Notes under the pieces: model-generated
The model's database searches: none
The model's input: only the letters and a program-made list of their open reading frames with translations
Told to the model about the DNA's origin: nothing
Program-made: the position numbers and the translations under genes
In this document: positions 58,546-64,000 of the stretch, piece after piece
Position numbering within the stretch: position 1 is the stretch's first letter
Layout of the letters: every line of letters begins with the position of its first letter
Assembly (NCBI GenBank): GCA_964425075.1
Contig: CAYRKM010000001.1
Coordinates: 331,060-395,059 of the forward strand
Reading direction: 5' to 3'
Source of the DNA: an uncultured Gammaproteobacteria bacterium
GTDB lineage: Bacteria > Patescibacteriota > Microgenomatia > Levybacterales > GWA1-39-11
DNA: 64,000 nt

Positions 58546-61317
58546 ATGTTTGGAAATTTATTTACTAACAAAAAAGAGGGAGAAGAAGTGCCTCAAGAAC
58601 AGCAACCAGTAGCGGCAGGCGCTCCAGCTCAGGCTCCGGTTTCAACAGACCCTACTCCTATGGGTGGGCCTATGAATCCATTGAAGCGGCAAGATGTTGA
58701 AAGCTTAACGCATCTTGATGCCAGATCTAATCTGGTTTTACAACAAGCCCAAAACGAGGCAAAAAGAGTAAAAGTTGCCCAAATTGAGCCAGATGTTTTA
58801 CTACTTGGACTTTTATTTGATAAAGAAATTTATAAAGTCATTCAGGACTTTGGAGTAAATGTTGGCGATTTGGCGCGTGAACTTCAGGCAAAACAGGTTC
58901 CATCTACTTTTGATGGGCAGGCAGTATTATCTCCTACAACTCAGCAAATCTTCGAGACAGCATACACATATGCAAAAAATAGAGGATCTAGCTTTATAAC
59001 TCCTGAAGATATTTTACTTTCACTGTTTAACTCCTCATCAGGAGGTGCATTATTGTCATCAAAGGGCATTCAAAAAGAGGGTGTTGAAAAAGCATTATCC
59101 AAAAATACTTCATATCAGGCAGCAGGTAAGAAAAGTGTATTGGAACAATTCGGAATTGATTTAACCGCTGAAGCAAAAGCAGGGAAGCTTGATCCAGTTG
59201 TGGGACGAGATAAGGAAATTGAGAGACTTATTCATATTTTGTTGCGCCGAACAAAGAATAACCCAATCATAATTGGAGAAGCAGGGGTTGGAAAAACAGC
59301 AGTAATTGAAGCTTTATGTTCAAAAATAAATGAAGGTACGGTTCCTGAGCAATTGAAGGATAAGAAAATTATTCAGCTTGATTTAGCAGCGCTTATTGCG
59401 GGTGCTTCGCATAGAGGTGAATTTGAGGAAAGACTTAAGAATGTGATTAAAGAGGTGCAAGCTGCTGACGGTAAAATTCTTCTATTTATAGATGAAATCC
59501 ATTCTTTGATTGGTGCTGGAGAGGATGGTGGGGGCGCAATGGATGCTTCAAATATCATAAAGCCATATCTTGCCCGCGGTCAATTGCAATTAATTGGTAC
59601 TACTACCACTGCAGAATATAGAAAATATTTTGAAAAAGATAAAGCCTTTCAACGTAGATTTCAGGCTGTTCTTGTTGATGAGCCAGATGAAGAACGCGCA
59701 ATTCAAATGATTGCAATTCTAAAGCCTAAATATGAAGCCTACCATAATGTGACCGTAACTGAGGAAGCTGTTAAGTTTTCTGTAACTTTATCTAAAAAGT
59801 ATGTTGGAGAAAGGTATTTACCAGATAAGGCAATTGACCTTCTTGATGAGGCAGCAGCTGAAGTAAAGTTAAAGCATGCTGAGGGACAAAGGCAAGACAC
59901 TGAAGTGAAAAGAGCTGATATTGAGAAGGTGGTAAGCGATTGGACAGGAATTCCCATTACAAAATTAACTGAAGACGAAGGTAAAAAATTACTTCAGCTT
60001 GAGGATTTAATTCACGAGCGACTTATTGATCAACAAGAAGCGGTTAGTGTTGTCTCAGAAGCTGTTCGCCGAGGAAGAATTGGACTTGCTGCAGCAAACA
60101 GACCAATTGCTTCATTTATTTTCTTAGGACCTACAGGTGTAGGAAAAACGGAACTCGCAAAAACCCTTGCTGAAATTTTGTTTGGCCGTGACGACGCGAT
60201 GGTAAGGCTTGATATGTCAGAGTATATGGAAAAGCATGAAGTCGCAAAGTTAATTGGTGCACCCCCAGGATATGTAGGGTATGAAGATGGAGGGCAACTT
60301 ACTGAGGCAGTGAGAGCAAAACCATATTCAATTGTTTTGCTAGATGAGGTTGAAAAGGCTCATCCTGATGTGTTCAATATTCTCTTGCAGCTTCTTGAAG
60401 ATGGTAGATTAACGGATAATAAGGGCAATACAATTTCATTTAAAAATACAATTGTCATTGCAACTTCAAACATTGGAAGCTCTACTATTCAGGAGTCACT
60501 AACAAATGCAAAGGCACAATCAGAGCAGCAGGCACAAGTTAAGGGCGCTGCCCAGCCAGTTGTTGCCCCGGCGCCTATTCCTACAGTATCCACAAGCTCA
60601 ACAGGGGCTGTTGCTATTCCGCCAACAGTAAAAGAAGACCCTGTAATGCAAAAAGTATTTGCAGAGCTTTCTAAAAAACTTATGGAGGAATTAACAAAAT
60701 TCTTTAGACCAGAGTTGATAAATAGATTTGACGGGGTTGTTATATTTAAGCCATTAATAAAGCAAGACATGAAAAAGATTGCAAAACTTGGAATTGATAA
60801 AACAATGAAGCTACTAAAGGAACAGGGATTCAAGTTAGAGATTTCAGACAAGGCATTAATAAAGTTGGGAGATGAAGGATTCGATCCTGTATATGGGGCA
60901 AGACCTTTGAGGCGTCTAATTCAGACAGCAATTGAAAACCCAATAAGTATTCAGATAATTAGTCAAAAATTTCTTCAAGGAGATACAATCCAAATCGACT
61001 TTGATGAACAAAAGGGTGAATTTACCTTTATCAAAATCACGCCTCCCCCACAAGCGGTAGCAGCAAATGGACAAGCAGTTCCAAATGGGCAAGTGCCTCA
61101 AGGGAATGCGGTTTCATCAAATGGCTCACCAGGAGCACAAACTCTTCCAGATCAGCCGCAGACAGTTCCTGCTCCACCACAAGCAAACGGCATGATTGTT
61201 GATCCATTTACTCCAGTGCAAAATCCAATGGCTCCACAACCCTTTAGTCCTTTTCAGCCTGAAAATACTCAAAATGTTTCGTCTGACGGAACACAAATGC
61301 AACCATCCAGCAATTAA
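58546..61317 (+). CDS. Class I Clp/Hsp100 AAA+ ATPase lacking M-domain and IGF loop
   Basis: Clp_N repeats; LDPVVGR, GEAGVGKT, FIDEIH, RRFQ; GPTGVGKTE, DMSEYME, GAPPGYVGY, LLDEVEK, GARPLRR. Confidence 0.92.
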   Translation: MFGNLFTNKKEGEEVPQEQQPVAAGAPAQAPVSTDPTPMGGPMNPLKRQDVESLTHLDARSNLVLQQAQNEAKRVKVAQIEPDVLLLGLLFDKEIYKVIQDFGVNVGDLARELQAKQVPSTFDGQAVLSPTTQQIFETAYTYAKNRGSSFITPEDILLSLFNSSSGGALLSSKGIQKEGVEKALSKNTSYQAAGKKSVLEQFGIDLTAEAKAGKLDPVVGRDKEIERLIHILLRRTKNNPIIIGEAGVGKTAVIEALCSKINEGTVPEQLKDKKIIQLDLAALIAGASHRGEFEERLKNVIKEVQAADGKILLFIDEIHSLIGAGEDGGGAMDASNIIKPYLARGQLQLIGTTTTAEYRKYFEKDKAFQRRFQAVLVDEPDEERAIQMIAILKPKYEAYHNVTVTEEAVKFSVTLSKKYVGERYLPDKAIDLLDEAAAEVKLKHAEGQRQDTEVKRADIEKVVSDWTGIPITKLTEDEGKKLLQLEDLIHERLIDQQEAVSVVSEAVRRGRIGLAAANRPIASFIFLGPTGVGKTELAKTLAEILFGRDDAMVRLDMSEYMEKHEVAKLIGAPPGYVGYEDGGQLTEAVRAKPYSIVLLDEVEKAHPDVFNILLQLLEDGRLTDNKGNTISFKNTIVIATSNIGSSTIQESLTNAKAQSEQQAQVKGAAQPVVAPAPIPTVSTSSTGAVAIPPTVKEDPVMQKVFAELSKKLMEELTKFFRPELINRFDGVVIFKPLIKQDMKKIAKLGIDKTMKLLKEQGFKLEISDKALIKLGDEGFDPVYGARPLRRLIQTAIENPISIQIISQKFLQGDTIQIDFDEQKGEFTFIKITPPPQAVAANGQAVPNGQVPQGNAVSSNGSPGAQTLPDQPQTVPAPPQANGMIVDPFTPVQNPMAPQPFSPFQPENTQNVSSDGTQMQPSSN

Positions 61318-61341
61318 TAAAATTTGAAAGAGGGACAATGA

Positions 61342-63060
61342 ATGCAGCCTGCCAAACTCAAGCAAATACTTTTCAATAAAGCCGTTGTTGCCCTTTTTTT
61401 CTTAGCATTTATTTTCGTAATTACTGTCAGTCATTTTTTTTTAGTATTTAAGGAACAGCGCCACAAAGAAGAGTTAAAAAACAACATTCAAGTTATCCCT
61501 CTCGGTAAAGATTACGTACCAAATGAATTAATTGTTCAGTTTGACGAAGGATATGTGCCAAGTGTTTTGTTGACTGATATTAAAAGACGAGAGAAGTTGG
61601 GGAAAACTTTCTTTGGAAAAGTAAAATTGTCATTTGAAAACGGCTTATTATGGTATGTTTCAAAGGAAAAACCCGAGACGAAATTAGCCCTTATTGATTC
61701 TGAATTGAAAAAAATAGGAGTTATTTCGTATGAACCCACTGTTTCTGAGTCAACCTATGAATCATTAAGTCGTTTTTACTTATTTACATTTTCTTCTTCA
61801 AAGAAATTAGGAGAAGGACAGGATAATCTTTCAGGACTATTTTTTATTGCTTCAATTGAGCCCAATATCATTTTACGATTGTTTGCTGAACCCGATGACC
61901 CTTATTATTCTCAATTGTGGGGTATTCAGAAAATTTCTATGCCTCAAGCATGGGATATTTCTACTGGTTCTGAAAGCATTGTAGTTGGGGTTATAGATAG
62001 TGGAATTGATATTAATCATCCAGATCTTTTGGGAAGAACAATTGGTGGTCGTGATTTTGTTCGAAACGACTCAATCCCCGATGACGAATTGGGACATGGA
62101 ACTCATGTGGCTGGGACAATTGGAGCAATTGGCAATAATGGAGTTGGAGTAGTTGGTGTAAATTGGAATGTAAAAATGATGCCCTTAAAAATTTGTATTG
62201 CAACGGGGCAACCTGCTCCAAGAAATAGCTCCTGCTCTCTTTCATATGTGGCTGAGGCAATAAGGACAGGCTTACAAAATGGGGCAAAGGTATTCAATAT
62301 GAGTTTGGGAGGAGAAAGTGTCTGCACGCCACAACTTCAAAGTATCATCGATACTGCAACTGTTCAGGGTGCAGTTATAGTTACAGCCGCAGGAAATTCA
62401 AATAGTGATGCGAATGGTTTTACGCCTGCAAATTGTCAAAATGTAATAACAGTTGGTGCAAGTGACACGTCAGATGCGCGTTCAATTTGGAATCTTAGTA
62501 CAAATCAGGCTTCAAACTACGGTTCAGTAGTGGAGATTGCAGCTCCGGGATCAGGGATAGTCTCAACAGTTCCAGGTGGGTATGATCAAAAAAACGGAAC
62601 ATCAATGGCTGCTCCCCATGTTGCGGGAGCTGTAGCATTGCTTTTTGCAGTAAATCCCAGTCTTTCACCTCAGCAGGTTTTTGAATGTATTACACAAAAC
62701 GCAGACTCTATCTCAACTGACCGTCTAATAGGGGGCAAAAGACTTAATGTTTCAAAGGTTATTTCAGCTTGTAAAGATTTAAATCCACAAGGTTCCCCTC
62801 CCACGATAACGGTTTCTCCCTCTCCGGTAGATATTACTCTTACACCTACTGTTTCGCCCGTTCCATCAGCAACGGTATCTCCAACAACGACAATAACCCC
62901 GACAGTATCTCTTGTGGTTACACCCATAATAACTCAGCCACCAATTGTTATTCCATCACCTTCGCCAGGAGAAAGATATTTTACCTGTCGGTATGACCCG
63001 TCATGTAATAAAAATACCAATGTCATTCAACTATGCCCACTTATTTGTACTCCGCTTTAA
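61342..63060 (+). CDS. Membrane-anchored S8 subtilisin-like serine protease
   Basis: Triad VIDSG / HGTHVAG / GTSMAAPH, AAGN; N-terminal TM and prodomain; TP stalk; Cys-rich tail. Confidence 0.93.
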   Translation: MQPAKLKQILFNKAVVALFFLAFIFVITVSHFFLVFKEQRHKEELKNNIQVIPLGKDYVPNELIVQFDEGYVPSVLLTDIKRREKLGKTFFGKVKLSFENGLLWYVSKEKPETKLALIDSELKKIGVISYEPTVSESTYESLSRFYLFTFSSSKKLGEGQDNLSGLFFIASIEPNIILRLFAEPDDPYYSQLWGIQKISMPQAWDISTGSESIVVGVIDSGIDINHPDLLGRTIGGRDFVRNDSIPDDELGHGTHVAGTIGAIGNNGVGVVGVNWNVKMMPLKICIATGQPAPRNSSCSLSYVAEAIRTGLQNGAKVFNMSLGGESVCTPQLQSIIDTATVQGAVIVTAAGNSNSDANGFTPANCQNVITVGASDTSDARSIWNLSTNQASNYGSVVEIAAPGSGIVSTVPGGYDQKNGTSMAAPHVAGAVALLFAVNPSLSPQQVFECITQNADSISTDRLIGGKRLNVSKVISACKDLNPQGSPPTITVSPSPVDITLTPTVSPVPSATVSPTTTITPTVSLVVTPIITQPPIVIPSPSPGERYFTCRYDPSCNKNTNVIQLCPLICTPL

Positions 63061-63062
63061 AA

Positions 63063-63089
63063 CTGGCAATTAATAACTTAAATTGCTAA
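63063..63089 (+). promoter_or_regulatory. Degenerate CIRCE operator upstream of dnaJ
   Basis: CTGGCAATT-N9-AATTGCTAA, followed by TATAAT at 63100. Confidence 0.6.
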
Positions 63090-63125
63090 AATATATGACT
63101 ATAATTATTGAGTTAAATTTCAAAA

Positions 63126-63274
63126 TATACCGACAACTCTTATTCAAATGTCCAACTGGCCATTTGAACCGAGACTCTCGGTATAAGCGAAGCTTGCGGT
63201 TTAATAACCTAAATTCTCGCTCAAGGACTTATATTTTAAACTCAAGCAAAGCTTGTAAAAGGAGCTCGAAATAT
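63126..63274 (+). promoter_or_regulatory. Structured leader of dnaJ, shared with groES
   Basis: Same 60-nt hairpin and tail as 38491-38590, with two added mini-hairpins (aagcgaagctt, caagcaaagcttg). Confidence 0.8.
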
Positions 63275-64000
63275 GGATTATTATAAAATTTTAGGAGTTG
63301 GAAAAACTGCAACTGCCGAAGAGATTAAAAAGGCGTATAGAAAGCTTGCCGTTGAGTATCATCCTGATAAAAATAAATCAAAAGAGGCAGAGTCAAAATT
63401 TAAGGAAATAAATCAGGCATATGAAGTTTTGTCTAATCCCCAAAAGAGGAGTCAGTATGATCAATTCGGTTCAGAGGGAATGGGGAATGGTGCTGGTGGC
63501 CCGTTTGGCGGAGCTCAGGGGGGCAGGCAGGGGCCATTTACATATACGTACACTAGCAATGGACAGGGATTTGATTTTGGAGGAAATGACCCATTTGATA
63601 TTTTCGAGCAATTTTTTGGTGGAGCATCTCCATTTGGACGAAGAAAGCCAGCTTATTCTCTAGCAATAGAGTTTATGGAAGCGGCAAAGGGTACTACTAA
63701 GGAAGTATCTATTGATAACAGGAAAAGAGAAATAAAAATACCGGCTGGAGTAAATACAGGTTCTAGAATACAATTTGAAGACTTTGATATCGTGCTTCAA
63801 GTAAGACCTCATAAGCAATTTGAGCGTGAAGGCTCTGATATTCTTTCCGAAATTTCAATATCCATGGCAAAAGCGGCACTTGGTGGCGTTGAAGATGTTG
63901 ATACGATTGATGGAAAAGTAAAATTAAAAATACCTGAAGGTACACAGCCTGGTGTTTTAATCCGCATAAAGGGTAAGGGAGTAAAACATTTAAGAGGGAA
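63273..64000 (+). CDS. dnaJ: J-domain chaperone, class B (no zinc finger); runs off window end
   Basis: [30 protein letters not shown] region, [23 protein letters not shown]; SD AAGGAG. Confidence 0.92.
   Translation, partial: MDYYKILGVGKTATAEEIKKAYRKLAVEYHPDKNKSKEAESKFKEINQAYEVLSNPQKRSQYDQFGSEGMGNGAGGPFGGAQGGRQGPFTYTYTSNGQGFDFGGNDPFDIFEQFFGGASPFGRRKPAYSLAIEFMEAAKGTTKEVSIDNRKREIKIPAGVNTGSRIQFEDFDIVLQVRPHKQFEREGSDILSEISISMAKAALGGVEDVDTIDGKVKLKIPEGTQPGVLIRIKGKGVKHLRG

Noticed and set aside
58546-61317. Calling the ATPase clpB, clpC or clpV
   Set aside because: Diagnostic M/UVR domain and IGF loop are absent and no T6SS genes are present, so no symbol was assigned
63083-63286. 67-aa ORF upstream of dnaJ
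   Set aside because: Spans the CIRCE, promoter and hairpin leader; the frame is not preserved in the groES copy

Overview
AT-rich chromosomal segment read with the standard bacterial code (TGA is used as a stop). Gene content and style point to a Patescibacteria/CPR genome of the Microgenomates type (inference). It holds three tRNAs (Ile-UAU, Ser-GCU, Ser-UGA) and housekeeping genes (pcrA/uvrD, tpiA, rpsT, murJ, lepA, tatD, metG, pyrC, pyrD-like, femAB-like). It also has a Ni-SOD pair (sodN/sodX), a large set of envelope glycosylation genes (GT-C, GT2, WecA/MraY-like, UbiA-like), PilN/PilO, several Pro/Thr-rich surface proteins, and an HrcA/CIRCE heat-shock regulon (groES-groEL, hsp20, hrcA-grpE-dnaK, dnaJ). 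I see no transposase, integrase, prophage or CRISPR. The strongest unexplained signal is non-coding: gene and tRNA termini are repeatedly duplicated, and the duplicates flank short hairpins that often carry a GC-NNA-GC mini-loop and a reverse complement of the duplicated terminus. At the lepA 5' end and the GT2 3' end the duplicate differs only at synonymous third codon positions. Other notable items are a near-identical 60-nt hairpin leader shared by groES and dnaJ, an ABC1/UbiB kinase flanked by two paralogous micro-membrane proteins (one missing from the ORF track), a pilin/VirB6-like/atypical Clp/subtilase block between dnaK and dnaJ, a shared C-terminal sorting-like motif on two surface proteins, and widespread leaderless-type promoters. 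All family assignments come from motif recognition by eye; no searches were run.
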